From Lingula anatina (lineage: Eukaryota > Animalia > Brachiopoda): 64,000 nucleotides of DNA. The stretch lies in NCBI GenBank assembly GCA_051362555.1, contig CM120649.1:3658001-3722000 (forward strand). The letters run 5' to 3'. The number at the start of each line of letters is the position of its first letter. Within the stretch, counting starts at the first letter, position 1. The notes under the pieces were generated by a model. It was given only the letters and a program-made list of their open reading frames with translations, did no database searches and had not been told where the DNA came from. Position numbers and translations under genes: made by a program. Shown here in pieces: positions 51,142 to 63,757 of this stretch.

Positions 51142-53211
51142 GTGAGAGATGAAACTGAGACAAGACGGAAGAGGGGGTGATTTTCATTAGCTGTGTGTTT
51201 TTAATAAACAAATAAATTTACATTTGTTAAAATCTATAGAAATGTTAATTTTTCTATAGCTATTGAAAAATGAAGCTTTATTTGTTTCTTAAGATGGAAA
51301 GAGGAGGGTGGTACAGAGACAGAGAATGAAATGCCACAATGAATGCATTAGCAAGGCCGGTGGTGGGTGCCTGTTTGTGTGTGTGTGAGCGTGTTTGCAT
51401 GCGTGCGAGCGAGCGAGCGAGCGAGAGAGAGAGAGAGAGAGAAGATGTATGAGTCACAGACAAAAAGAAAGATAGCGAGGATATTTGTGTGTGAATGAGA
51501 GGGAGAGCGAGGTCGTGTTCACAGTGAGTGAGTGAAAATAGAAAAAGAATTGTATGGTGACAAGTAGGTTGAGAAAGGGTAAGACAGAGAGTGGGGGGGG
51601 GGGGGGGGGGTAGAATGGACGTGAAAAAAAAAAAGAATAACTACCAAAGAAGTCTTGCTTTTTTAATTGGAAAACAATTGTTCGTTTTGGTCCAAAAAAA
51701 GAAAAAAAAACGGATTTCTTGAGGTAAACTACGACTTTCCTAGATTTACCAATGGCCATTGTGTCCATAACGACATTCAAAGTTTATTTTTCTTTCACAA
51801 AAGTTTTTAAAATAATCTCTTTTGAGATTATTATGTAGGAACAGCCATCTATGAAGATCCGAGTGGTTTGATGGCAAGCACAGATTCCTGAATAATTGCA
51901 ATTACCGCTGTTTTGGTGTTAAAATGGAAATTATTATATTTGTGAGTTGTTTACAATGGTTGTGAAATATGGTTGTCATATTAAGAGTTTATATCTCTTT
52001 AAGTTCAATCGCCTTTCATACATTGAATTGTAGTTGAATTTCATTCACTTGTCTGTTAGAGTCTCTCCAAACCCCAAGAGGTTTCAAGGATTTAAATTTA
52101 TATTTGCTTATTATTTATTTTAATATTTATTAATTTAATATGTCCTGTTTTGTAACAGTGGGCCGCATACATGTAGACGTGAACGTGACAGCAGACCTCA
52201 ACGAACAGAAGAAAGCCATGCCAGACGTGGACTGGGGGGAGTGGAAACCTTCTAACTGTAAACCCAGGTGGGAATTGCCTGTCTTTTCTACCTGTTTTGA
52301 TTTATAAAATTGTAATTTTATAGTTGACAAATGCTGCTCCCGACATTTTAATGTATGAACATACTATTAAATTTATTATTAATATGTGCAAATGCGATCC
52401 AGGAGAGTAAAATAACTGGATTCATAGCATATGTTTCCATCCATATTTTATCAGTTATACAGTTTACTGGCGTTAAAGATGCATACAAAGTCAATTTTTT
52501 GTCACAAAAACCAACCAAATGCCAGTATATAGTTTCAAGTAGTATAACTAAGAGAATTACCAAAAGGAATTGTTTAATTTTACCCGAAAATGATGTTTGA
52601 ACGGATTTTTCTGCTGGCATTCTAAGCTGTATGTCAATGGGGCAGGAAAGTAGGTCACAAAAGAAGGTTAAATTTACAACCAAAAATTTAAAGAAAGGAG
52701 CAGTCTAAAGGTCTTTTATGGCTGATCAAGTGATCTATTCAGTTTATCCCTTGGCATGTCGAATTTATTTGAGTCATATAAGAATCTAGTAGAAGTGATT
52801 TACATGTACATGTGTTACAGGGAATCCACGCTCCACCGATGCTCGGTTCGTATGTACCTTTAATTATCAATATTTTTATTAATCTTTTTTTTTTAATGAT
52901 GTCATTAATCACAGTTTTGTATTTGATTCTTGGTGTTTTTTCATCATTATTTTTATGACTATTTACATTTTTATTTATTCATTTATCTAACATTAGGCAC
53001 AAAGTGGCAATTATCATCCCGTATCGTGACCGTTTGCCACATCTTAAAGTACAGCTGAGGTACCTCCACCCGTTATTACAGAGACAACAGGTGCACTATA
53101 GGATATTTGTGGCAGAACAGGTAATAACCCGAGAGAGAGAGAGAGAGAGAGGGAGAGAGGGGGAGAGAGAGGAGGGGGGGAGGGAGAGAGAGAGAGGGAG
53201 AGAGAGGAGGG

Positions 53212-53265
<54 letters not shown>

Positions 53266-53294
53266 GGAGGGGGGAGGGAGAGAGAGGAGGGGGG

Positions 53295-53342
<48 letters not shown>

Positions 53343-53553
53343 AAGAGAGGAAGGGGGAGGGAGGGAGAGAGAGGGGGGGAGGGGGAGAGAGGTGGAAGAG
53401 AGGGGGGAGGGGGAGATAGATTGTTGAACAGAGAGAAGGGAAATAAAATAAATTTCTGGTGAATTGAATTTCTGGTGGATGGCTTCACTTTTATGGGAAT
53501 ATATCTATCTATCTATCTGTCTGTCTGTCTATTTTTATAGGCAGGTGGGCATA

Positions 53554-53592
<39 letters not shown>

Positions 53593-53964
53593 TTTTATAG
53601 GCAGGAGTAGGCACTTGGAACAAGGGACGCGTTATGAACGCAGGGTATATTGAAGCTGCCAAATTGCTCGACTTCCAGTGCGTCATCTTCCATGACGTGG
53701 ATCTAGTGCCGGAGGACGATCGCAACACGTACAAATGTTTTTCTTTACCAGTTCACATGTCGTCGGCGCCAAGCCAGGATAATTACAGGTTAACTCCCGA
53801 TGTTGAATATGTATTTCTTAAAGTGTTTATAATAATATTTTATTAAGTTTTAGATTTTAAACGTAACGACGATGTATCCATATTAAGTTATTTGTGCTAT
53901 TTTGCATTATACATTTCGTTAGATCTTGAACGCTAAATGATGTGCTTGTAAATGATGCGCTCCC

Positions 53965-54020
<56 letters not shown>

Positions 54021-54148
54021 TTTCAGAACGCGGTACACTATTCTGGTGGGTGGAGTTATGAATTTTCCTCGTGAGGATTTCCTGAAGCTGAACGGTTACT
54101 CGAACGAGTTCTGGGGGTGGGGCGGAGAGGACGACGACATGGCATACA

Positions 54149-54186
<38 letters not shown>

Positions 54187-55319
54187 TGAGAGAGAGAGCT
54201 CAATAGGTTTAAATCTGAGATATTTCCGGTCTGCTACATTATGTATATCGAAGGAGCATCATTGATATAGAAACCAATTTATTTCTGTACCATCTTTATA
54301 TTCAAAATTATCCTTCTTGCATAGGCCCACCGCTAGAAGCTTTACCTCTGCAATGCAGTTACGTTAAAACTAACATAATTTATTTTAACCCCAAGGATGA
54401 AAGCCTCAGCCATGGATTTTGAGCGAGTTCCACCGGAGATAGGTCGTTACACGTCCTTAATACACGGGGACAGGGATAAAAATCCTAGAAGGTGGGCAAA
54501 AATAATAATAGCAATAATAAATAAATTATTAAAGCCAATGGTCACATTTATAGCGATCACGCCCCCACTACGGGTCAAATTGAATTCGTTCAATGAACTA
54601 AGTTGAACGCACTTTGCGTGCTTAATAATAGAACCCTGATTTCAGCCATTGATTAAATCTTCTTTAAGGAAATCACCCAAGGTGGTGTACAATGTGATTC
54701 TATGTGTTCGTAATGTCGTTTTAGAAAGCAGTCCATTAGTAACTAACAAACAATGGCGAATGCACATTGTTGTGCAAAACGCCGCAATTCTTCAAAACTT
54801 ATGCGAAAACAACGATAAAATTTTGTCTCCTTTATGCCAGAACTCGTGCAGTAATTAAAATAAATTGCTTCACCGCAGGCGCGGGTCTGCCATTGTTTCT
54901 GCCTCCTCTGTCCTCCAAATCCTGAGAAATCTTGTTTCATTTAACTCTTAAGCGCTACTTCACACCTCATGAGGGAGAAATTTCATCAAAGCAAAAGCTA
55001 TATGCGAATTTTAATTCATATCAACCATTTGAGTCCAGTAGCTGTACTAGTCTGTGACCTAGATAGGTTGTCTCCTGTCCGAGTTCGACATTGTTATTTG
55101 TCCAGCATGTCAGCATCATTAATGTCGTATTTACAACTATTTGGTGGTTCCCATTTATGTACAATGATCCATATACAAATGTACTTATTGTCTTTCAGAA
55201 TGGCACTTCTGCAAGGCTCAAAGAAACGCCAGGCAAAAGATGGCGTCTCATCCTTGCCCTACAGACTTCTGTCCTCATCCAATGAAAAGTTATACACACA
55301 TCTCTTAGTCGCCGTGTAA
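50877..55319 (+). CDS. B4GALT: Glycosyltransferase family 7 (beta-1,4-galactosyltransferase / bre-4-like beta-1,4-GalNAc-transferase); join(50877-51141,52159-52267,52997-53120,53601-53788,54027-54149,54396-54491,55199-55319), 341 aa
   Basis: Type II TM anchor (FIVVYCLLGVQLLLTMLYL); motifs KVAIIIPYRDR, WNKGRVMNAG, IFHDVDLVPEDDRN, NGYSNEFWGWGGEDDD; all splice phases consistent (1026 nt). Confidence 0.92.
52159..52267 (+). CDS. B4GALT: GT7 exon 2 (GRIHVD...GEWKPSNCKP)
   Basis: taacag|TGGGC ... CCCAG|gtggga. Confidence 0.88.
52997..53120 (+). CDS. B4GALT: GT7 exon 3
   Basis: cattag|GCAC ... GAACAG|gtaata. Confidence 0.9.
53601..53788 (+). CDS. B4GALT: GT7 exon 4 (DVD motif)
   Basis: ttatag|GCAGGA ... 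TACAG|gttaac. Confidence 0.9.
54027..54149 (+). CDS. B4GALT: GT7 exon 5 (WGWGGEDDD)
   Basis: tttcag|AACG ... TACAG|gtgaga. Confidence 0.92.
54396..54491 (+). CDS. B4GALT: GT7 exon 6
   Basis: cccaag|GATG ... AGAAG|gtgggc. Confidence 0.85.
55199..55319 (+). CDS. B4GALT: GT7 exon 7 (DGVSSLPY...LYTHLLVAV*)
   Basis: tttcag|AATG ... TAA. Confidence 0.88.
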
Positions 55320-55394
55320 ACAAGGGTATATAACGATAAACAATTAATGATTGCTTTATGTGCCAAGGGGCCCTTCGAGGGTCACGTGCGCTCC

Positions 55395-56075
55395 ATGGTG
55401 ACGCCTCGGTCAAGGTCAAGGTTTTTTCGAAGGACGGCAGATACATTTTGATGTCAGTGCTGGAATGGTTTTGAGGGCATAACCTCCTGTAATAGGCCTG
55501 TTTTAACAACGATCAGAATGATGTCTCATCCAATATTTTAACATCGGTATATATTTATCAGAATCCACCTCTTCCAAACTGAGAATGGTTCCTGTTATGC
55601 GTGATATCAAATAATGGTGAATTCACCACTGTAGTCATTCTGATGTTCATTTTGTATATTTTTTTTAAACTAAACATTTGTCGCCAATGGAAATATATCT
55701 GTCTAAGCCTATCTGCGGTCCCAGGTTTTAACGATATAAAGAAGGTTGGTTTTTATGTATAGTAAGGGGACGTTGAAAAGATACATGGCAGCGCATTGTT
55801 CCTAATTAACGGAATATATATAGGCCTACCAATAAACTATGAAATCTTCTGTATAACCATACATTTCAACTTTCCTTTTTTTGTCAGCAATGTAAAAATA
55901 TTCTGGTTATACTTTGTGAAACGCATTCTTGTCATTCAAACCTGAGTATATGTCCACGCCCTATTTGTCACGTTAAAAGAGACCTTCACATGGAAATATT
56001 TCATATATATAGGGTCGATAGTAGGCTACTTTAATGTAGGCCTACCGCGCTGCGCTCCCGGCCAATGATATTTAC

Positions 56076-56112
<37 letters not shown>

Positions 56113-56532
56113 CCAAGAATTTAATACAAAACTCTTATCAATTCCATCATCATGAAAAGTTGTAAAAACAGACTGAAATTATAAATTTCAAATATACGTA
56201 GGCCTATTCAAAGATACTTATGAAATTAAACCAAAAAGCCTCGTGTCGTTTATAAGCCTATATGCATTTGTAGACTCAATTTCGAACATGCCACAAATAA
56301 AATCTACTTGTTAAAAAACAAGCAGAGTGAAAGTCTTAAAACTGCGCATTCTTCAGCTTTTTTGGTTAAAACTGATTTGCTTACTTTCATTTATCCTTTT
56401 CTTAAAGCAAAGAAAAATTGAGTAGATATTGTCCGGGAAAAATGTAACGAATCTCTGCGGTATTTCTTCACGTAATACATGTACATATACTCTTTGTAAC
56501 TATATATGTGGCGTCATTTAGTCGGGGTTCGC
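55395..56532 (+). repeat. Segmental duplication, copy A (copy B ~62052-63090)
   Basis: Colinear similarity from atggtgacgcctcggtcaaggtcaaggt through a shared (AAT)n to gtcgggg?ttcgc. Confidence 0.9.
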
Positions 56533-57021
56533 GGCAGTAGTTTGACGCAGCTTCTGGCCTCATATTAATCCATAAGACGCCCGTCTTAAAACTTCTAGAG
56601 TATAAATCTTTTTGTAATGTTCACAAGTCGTTCCATACAAATCGATCATTACAGCTCACTGTGTAACCGCCCAGATACGCATGTCGTCAAACAGAGAAAC
56701 GTTTTCAAAATTGGAATAAAGGAATGCTCCACAAACCAATTAATAGCCTATTTAAATGTTGCTTACAAAAGTGAAGGGATTGATCACAATTCTAATTCGC
56801 ATGCTTTCCAGTAACATACATACTGTGTGGTATAAACTGAACTGGGCTCAACGTTGTTGTGAACATTACGGTAGTCCAGATACAAGTATTTTTTCAAGAA
56901 AGATTTTTGTGTGAAAATAAGCGTCTACCAAATAACGATTAGCTCTAACACGGAAATAAATATTTATTCATAGAATGTCTGTGAGAGTAATGGCAATCGA
57001 TTTAATATTTTGCCCACATAA

Positions 57022-57915
57022 CTGTTTGGCTGCCTGTCTCTCTATAAAACAGGTAGCCACTCTTATAAATTCTGCCGTCACTGAAGATGAAGTTAGCTGC
57101 ACTGATACTGTTGGTTGTATTATCTTTTTAATCAAACTAATAACAACCTAACAAAATGACACTCACACTTCATGACTGTCTAGCTTTTATTTAGTTGAAT
57201 TTACATTAACTTTTAATGTGCAATTAATGGAATCGTAACCATTTGACTTTAAAATATATGAAAATGAATGTATCTCTATGTCACGACTCTCAGAAAATGG
57301 TTTTTAAAAGTACCCCAACTTGTGACAAGCACTGTGAGGTGAAAGCTGTCACCATGTCCCCAAGCCTCAGGTTTTATTGTGAGGTGATGCACGTTTCATG
57401 GGTTGGATTGATGTGTGTATTTGGGGGGGTGGGGTGATGTTACATCCAAACGTTGCTTGAACAAAGCCGTCCATCTGCATACCCCATACCACATGTGATA
57501 CAGCGTTCGTCGCTACATATTCTACATACACGTTTGGCTGCCTGTCTCTCTGTAAATCAGGTAGCTACTTTTCTAAATTCTGCCGTCCTTGAAGATGAAT
57601 TTAGCTGCACTGATGCTGCTAGTTGTATTATTTTTTAATCACAACCTAACAAAATGACACTCGCACTTCATGACTGTCTAGCTTTTATTCAGTTGAATTT
57701 ACTACAACTCCTTTAATGTGCAATTAATGGAATCGTATCCATTTGACATTAAAATATATGAAAAATGAATGTATCTCTATGTCACGACTCTCAGAAGCTG
57801 CCACCAGGATATCAAGGTCTCAGGCTGTACTGAGTTGAAGCACGTTCATGGATTAGAATGACGTATATGTGTGTGTATGTGTGTGTGCTTGTTTTTAGGG
57901 GGGTATGATGTTGCA
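57022..57915 (+). pseudogene. Two tandem ~510-bp units, each beginning with a truncated copy of the VWA-gene promoter, 5' UTR and signal-peptide start
   Basis: 57043 TATAAAA...gaagATG(57087) MKLAALILLVVLSF*; 57595 MNLAALMLLVVLFFNHNLTK*; compare the intact MKLAALVLLVAV at 58380. Confidence 0.75.
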
Positions 57916-58310
57916 ACCAAACTTTGCCAGTTGTATCAAAAGTTGTATCAGATGTGGTATGGGATATGCAGATGGACAAACTTCTTACAAAAGATAAACA
58001 TTTAAAAAATGGCATCAGGATATATTATACAAATTTCACATACCGGTAAATGTTCTATTTATGCATTTATTTTAGTAAATTATTTACTTAAACGTTACCC
58101 GCACACTTTTCATTAATCTAAGTCAACAGGTGTCACCAGAAGCAATGACTTAAAGGAATACCTGATGATTGTCTTGTGCAGCTATTACAATTTTGTATGA
58201 ATTACAATAATCTAGATTCCAGTCTTTTGGCAAAAATTACTACAGGGAAATAAATTGTAATAAATGCAGGCCGTGTGAGTAAGTCATACATCTGTTTGGA
58301 CGCCGGTCTC

Positions 58311-58317
58311 TATAAAA
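58311..58317 (+). promoter_or_regulatory. Candidate TATA box of the VWA gene
   Basis: TATAAAA 69 nt upstream of the ATG; also retained in the truncated duplicate at 57043. Confidence 0.6.
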
Positions 58318-58379
58318 GCAACCGAGGAAGCCACACTTCTCTCATATGCACGTGGACCAAGTTCCTGTCGTCGCTGAAG

Positions 58380-60458
58380 ATGAAGTTAGCCGCTCTGGTG
58401 CTGCTGGTTGCCGTTGGAATCGCATTGAATGTTCTGGGCTCCGTGGCTCTCACACCTGACCAGATCATCAAAACTCTGATGGGTGGTGCTCCTCCCTACT
58501 GGAATGTTTGTTTTGCTTTGGACAGCAGTGACACCGTTAACAACACTGAATGGAAAATGTCCAAATGGGCTACCCGGGTGAGATATATGTATACTGGTCT
58601 GGGTCATTTGGCATTACACATTTTCATTTACAAAAAGAATAGAAAATAATTATTGGATTAGATTAATATTTGATAACATTGCCCGACTGTCTGAAAAATA
58701 ATCAGGGGATCAAAGCATTTCATTGTAAAACAGAAAGTGTAACAGTGTTAAGATTACATGTAGACAACCAAATATAAACTTTTTCAAATATACCACAATA
58801 TAATACGTTTTTATTAAAGGCGTAATTCTACTCATTCTACGTACTAGTAGATTGATTGCATTCAGCGAGAGTCACCGCGGAGTTGAACCGATATTTTCAT
58901 CAGGAATGAGCCCGAAGACATTTTTGTAACACGTAACAATGCTTTTTGAATATTGTTTCAGGACATCCTTGCCATCATCAACAATACTCCCAGCCAGAAT
59001 AGTATAGCCCTTGAGAAACATAGGATTGGTCTGGTACGTTTCTCTTCCCGGGCACAGCACATCTTCTTTCTGGGGACTTACCCGTTCTACCCACAGAATG
59101 ATGCCGCTATTGCCGCCGTGCCTAAGTTAGGTAAGGTCGATGAATTTGTTAATATCAGTATACACGTAGCTCATAATATGAACAACATTATGAACTTCAC
59201 ATTATCTGCTGGGTATACATACAAATACCCACATGTTCATACATACAAACATATACACACATACATACATACACACACACACACACGCACACACACACAC
59301 GCAAACAAACGCTGTTATGAATATTTCGACATCGAACTGCTTTATCAAAACTCGGAGTAGAAGGGTTAAGCAAAGCATTTACATCAACATGCTTCTTGAT
59401 GTCGATTGCACAGAAAATAATGAGTTTCCATTATCTATATTTAATGAAGTACCAAATGCCAGTATCATAAGGATCGACAGATTCAGCGACAATTATTGTT
59501 ACAAATTTTAATCATTAAATGAGGTATTTGCAATATTGAAAGCGGTACTCTATTGTATGTGATCCAATACTTACCAAATCCGTCAAAAATAATTTCATTT
59601 TAATAAACACTTCCAAAAGAAAGGAGGAGCTCTATGGCTTCATTCATTTGTATATCTCGTATATTCACAGGTGGTATGACGAATATTTTCGATGCTTTGG
59701 GGAGGTGTAAAGGTCAGCTTGGTTTCTCTGGCGAACGCCTAGTCTGGATGATCAGTGATGGACAGCATAACACGTGGGGTTACCCGGTGACCAGGGCAAA
59801 TGCCATGAAGAAGTATGGTGTGTACTTCCGCTACATCAAAGCCAGTTTAACGCAAATGAACAAAATTGTTCAACATAATATTTAAGTTGAGACAACAGGG
59901 CTTTATTCACGTTGGACAGCTCCATTAGCCTTATTATATTAGAAAATTATTACTGTTTTTGACAATAGCTACTAGTTTAGGGAATTATTTGCCGATATTT
60001 ATCAGCCAGTATTCTGTATATTGACAGTCAGCATAAACTCTAACGGTGAGCACACGGAATATTCGCTAGTAAACCTTAAGTTCATATTTTCTTTACCTAT
60101 TGACGAAAACAAACTCTTATTTGTTTCATTGAATTATTAAAATATGTTTTTCCACTTTTTCCTTCTAATTACTGTATATAAGTTGAGCTATTGTTTTTCC
60201 ATTTTAGGAATAAAAATTTGTATCGTTGCTATTGGCAACAGTGTCAACATGCGTAAGGTAAACGCCATGGCATCGTGGATCGTTGTCAAGTACAAAGAAT
60301 ACGTCGATAGCACCAGCTTCAGTGTTACCTATAGGTCTACGATGTGTGTACTTAGGTATAAAACCTTTGAAGAGTACATGATTGCCACGTTTTCTGCCCG
60401 ATGGAGAGTAATACCATGGGGAAGAACAAGCTTAAGTCTGCGTCTTGCAAGTTTGTAA
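58380..60458 (+). CDS. Secreted single von Willebrand factor A (VWA) domain protein; join(58380-58577,58962-59130,59671-59817,60208-60458), 254 aa
   Basis: Signal peptide MKLAALVLLVAVGIALNVLGSVA; VWA strands VCFALDSSDTV, RIGLVRFS, GGMTNIFDAL, VWMISDG, IKICIVAIG; phases consistent (765 nt); AATAAA at ~60545. Confidence 0.85.
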
Positions 60459-61624
60459 AGTTTATGTTCTTCCACTGTTTTGAACTCTTCATTTGAATAT
60501 GTTGATTTGAATATCTTGATTACAGACATAACGGCTTCTCTGTGAATAAAATAATCCAATTTGATGAAAAAATCAACATGAAAGAAGCTTAATTGTTCTT
60601 TAAAATAATTGTTTATTAATAGATAATTATTTATAAAGATTAAAATGAAGAAAAAAGTACTGCTTTTAATATTGCAAACACCTCATTAATTTTTATGATT
60701 AAAATTTGTAACAGTAATTGTCGCTGAATCTGTCGACCCTTATGACACTGGTATTTAGTACTTCATTAAATATAGATAATGGAAAATCATTATTTTCTGT
60801 GCAATCGTTGGAAATAAACTATTGGAAATAATAAACTAATAAACTATGTCATCAAGAGAAATATTCGGCTTGTTAATAAGATTATAGACCATAAATGCGA
60901 TGCTGCAGTGTCAAATCCATAATATGTATATATGTTTCAAGAGTCTTATCTACCTCTTTTTGCTCTATTAGTTGCATTTGTTAATTAAGGTAGAATTGCC
61001 AGTCGCCCTTTAAAAATTTGAACCAAATTTTATAAACCATCCTTTGAGATACAGGTAAACATAACAAAATCACAGAGGATTGATGTGTATATCGTGATCA
61101 AAATTGAATGTTCCGCGATGCAGACATGGAACAGAATTTTGAATAGACTGCGTTTTTTTGTCATTTGATAGTAATGGTACTAAAAACCCACAACGCCAAG
61201 ATATTTCTCCCAGAGCCGCTGTCAGTTGTGATGTACCCGTGCTGGCAGATTATACTTTAAGCTTGCTAGGCCGACGTTTTGAACATACATGTATATCATA
61301 ATCAAAATTCATATGTTCCAATGACCACGCCAAGTTTTCAAGTGTTACTTTTTTACTCTATTGTTATGCTTGTTATGAAAATCTCCCATTAAGCACAAGG
61401 TCACATCTTTGAAAGCTAAACTGCTAAGCTATACTTTTTATTTCGTCAATTTTGGAAAGTCTTCCTTACAGTTGTTATCAACTTTTTTTAAAATTACTTT
61501 TTGACGGTGAAACCAACTATTAACCAGAACTTCGTGGCGTTGATTTTTTTTCTTGACTAATAAAAAATAAAATGGAAACTTTTTAATTCATGGCAACCTA
61601 AAAAAAATAAAACATGCACTGCAT

Positions 61625-62646
61625 AACTGTCTAGCTTTTATTTAGTTGAAATTACTAAACCCCATTAACGTGGGATTAAAGATATCGTCACCAATTGACT
61701 TTAAAATATAAAAAATTTATATTTTATGATTCCCAGAAAATGGTATTAAGTAATCCAAATTGCACCAAGCAATGGGAGGTGAAAGCTGCTAATAAGATAT
61801 CAAGGTCTCAGGTTGCACTGTGAGGTGAAGCACGTTTATGGATTAGAATGATGTGTGTGTGTGTGGGGGGGGGGGGTTGATATGATGTTACATGGTATGG
61901 TATTGTAAATTTACCATGTAGCAGATAAAACGTGTGATAAAATGATTGGTCTGTGAAGATTCAAATAAGTGTCATGTGTAAATATCTATTTGGATGCCCA
62001 GCTCTCAGTATAACAACCCCAGTATCATCTGGACGTGGACCAAACAACACAATGGTGACGCCTCGGTCAAGGTCAAGGTTAAATTGAAGGACGCCAGATA
62101 CATTTTGATGTCAGTGCTGAAATGGTTTAGTGGCATAAACTACTGTAATAGGCCTGCTTTAACAACGATCAGAATGTCTCATCCAATTTTTGTGAAAATA
62201 TTTATCAGAAGCTACCTCTTCTGAGATTGATGCCTGTTATGTGTAATACCAAATAATGTTGAATTTACCACTAGTCATTAGCCTGTACTTTTTGTTTATT
62301 TTTTTAAATTGAACATTTTTCGCCAATGGAACAATACCTGTCTAAACTGATTTGCTGTCTAAGGTTTTCACAATATAACGAAGATTGAGTTTTATGTTTA
62401 GTAACTGGACGTTGAAAAGAGACATGGCAGCACAGTATTGCCAAATAATGGAATATACCAATAAACTATGAAATACTTCTATATAACCATACATTTCAAG
62501 TTAATTTTTGTCAGCATTGTAAAAATATTCTTTGTGAAACGCATTCTTGTCTTTCAGACCTGAGTAGCCTATATTTCCACTCCCTCTTCGTCACGTTAAA
62601 AGAGACATTCACGTGATGTGCAGCGCTCCCGTCCGATGATATGTAC

Positions 62647-62680
<34 letters not shown>

Positions 62681-63090
62681 CCAAAAATCTAATACAAAAC
62701 TCTTACCAATGACATCACCATGAAAGTTTGTAAAACAGAACGAAAAAATGAAATTGAAATATGTGTAGTTATAAATACATATGAAACGAGACATACAAAA
62801 CCTTGTAACATTTAGAAAATTACATGTAGACCCAGTTTTGTACACACCACATATAAAATCCACATGCCAAAAAACAACCAATATTTATCTCTTAGGTAGC
62901 AGAGTGAAGGCCTTAAAATTGTGCATTATTCAGCTTTCCGGATAAAATTGACTTGCAGTTTCATTCCATTCAGTAAAACAGTGTTATTAAGCAGACATTT
63001 TCCGGGAAGAATGTAACGAGACTCTCTGGTATTTCTTTAAGTAATATATGCATTATTTTAATTATATGGTGTTATTTGGTCGGGTTTCGC
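61625..63090 (+). repeat. Duplicated blocks: ~61625-61892 copies ~57173-57445, and ~62052-63090 copies ~55395-56532
   Basis: ctgtctagcttttatttagttgaa...gtgaaagctg...tgatgttaca, and atggtgacgcctcggtcaagg... Confidence 0.85.
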
Positions 63091-63169
63091 TTCATTCTGA
63101 TGTACTTGAATATTTCTTTTAAGATTAAAATAAAGGGAACCGGAGAAAATCAGCATTGGTCAGAATTGT

Positions 63170-63757
63170 GCCGGAAGTGACGTGCAGTGGTGTTTGAAAC
63201 GAAGCTGAGTGGTCATTTTAACATAGAGGTGAACGGCAGTGAAGACGGGTTGTCTTTTTTTCAATATATTGACGAATTTTTGTCACAGGACAAATAAAAC
63301 ATTTCACTGACAAGATCTTCCCAAAAAGACAAAAAGAGAATTCAGGTGAGCTGACAGGTAATTAAGACTACAATGTAGCTCAAAGTACTAATAATTGACA
63401 TTATTATGCAATACTCAGTTGGTAAAACGATTCTCACAGGTAGATAAAATGTAACATGACCAATTTCTATAGGCTAATGATTGCCAGCCTGAGGAAATTG
63501 ATTGCCAGTCTCTTTTGTCAGTGATTTTTAACTCAGATAAGAGGCTTTCAGAATGTCACCTTTGTCTTGGCATTTGTTTCTGATTAGCGCCTTCCCCAGT
63601 GTAAAAGGTATATCAGTGTGATCATGTGTGTGGAATTTCATGCCAGATGGACATATAAAGACCTAAAAATTCGTCAATATATTGAAAAAAAGATACAGCT
63701 GTGCACAGCAGTCGGAGATCGGTACATTTCACTTGTTAGTTACGAACTACTTCCTGG
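63170..63757. mobile_element. Probable decayed TIR element
   Basis: tctttttttcaatatattgacgaattttt (~63253-63281) is the reverse complement of aaaaattcgtcaatatattgaaaaaaaga (~63665-63693); outer ends unclear. Confidence 0.5.
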
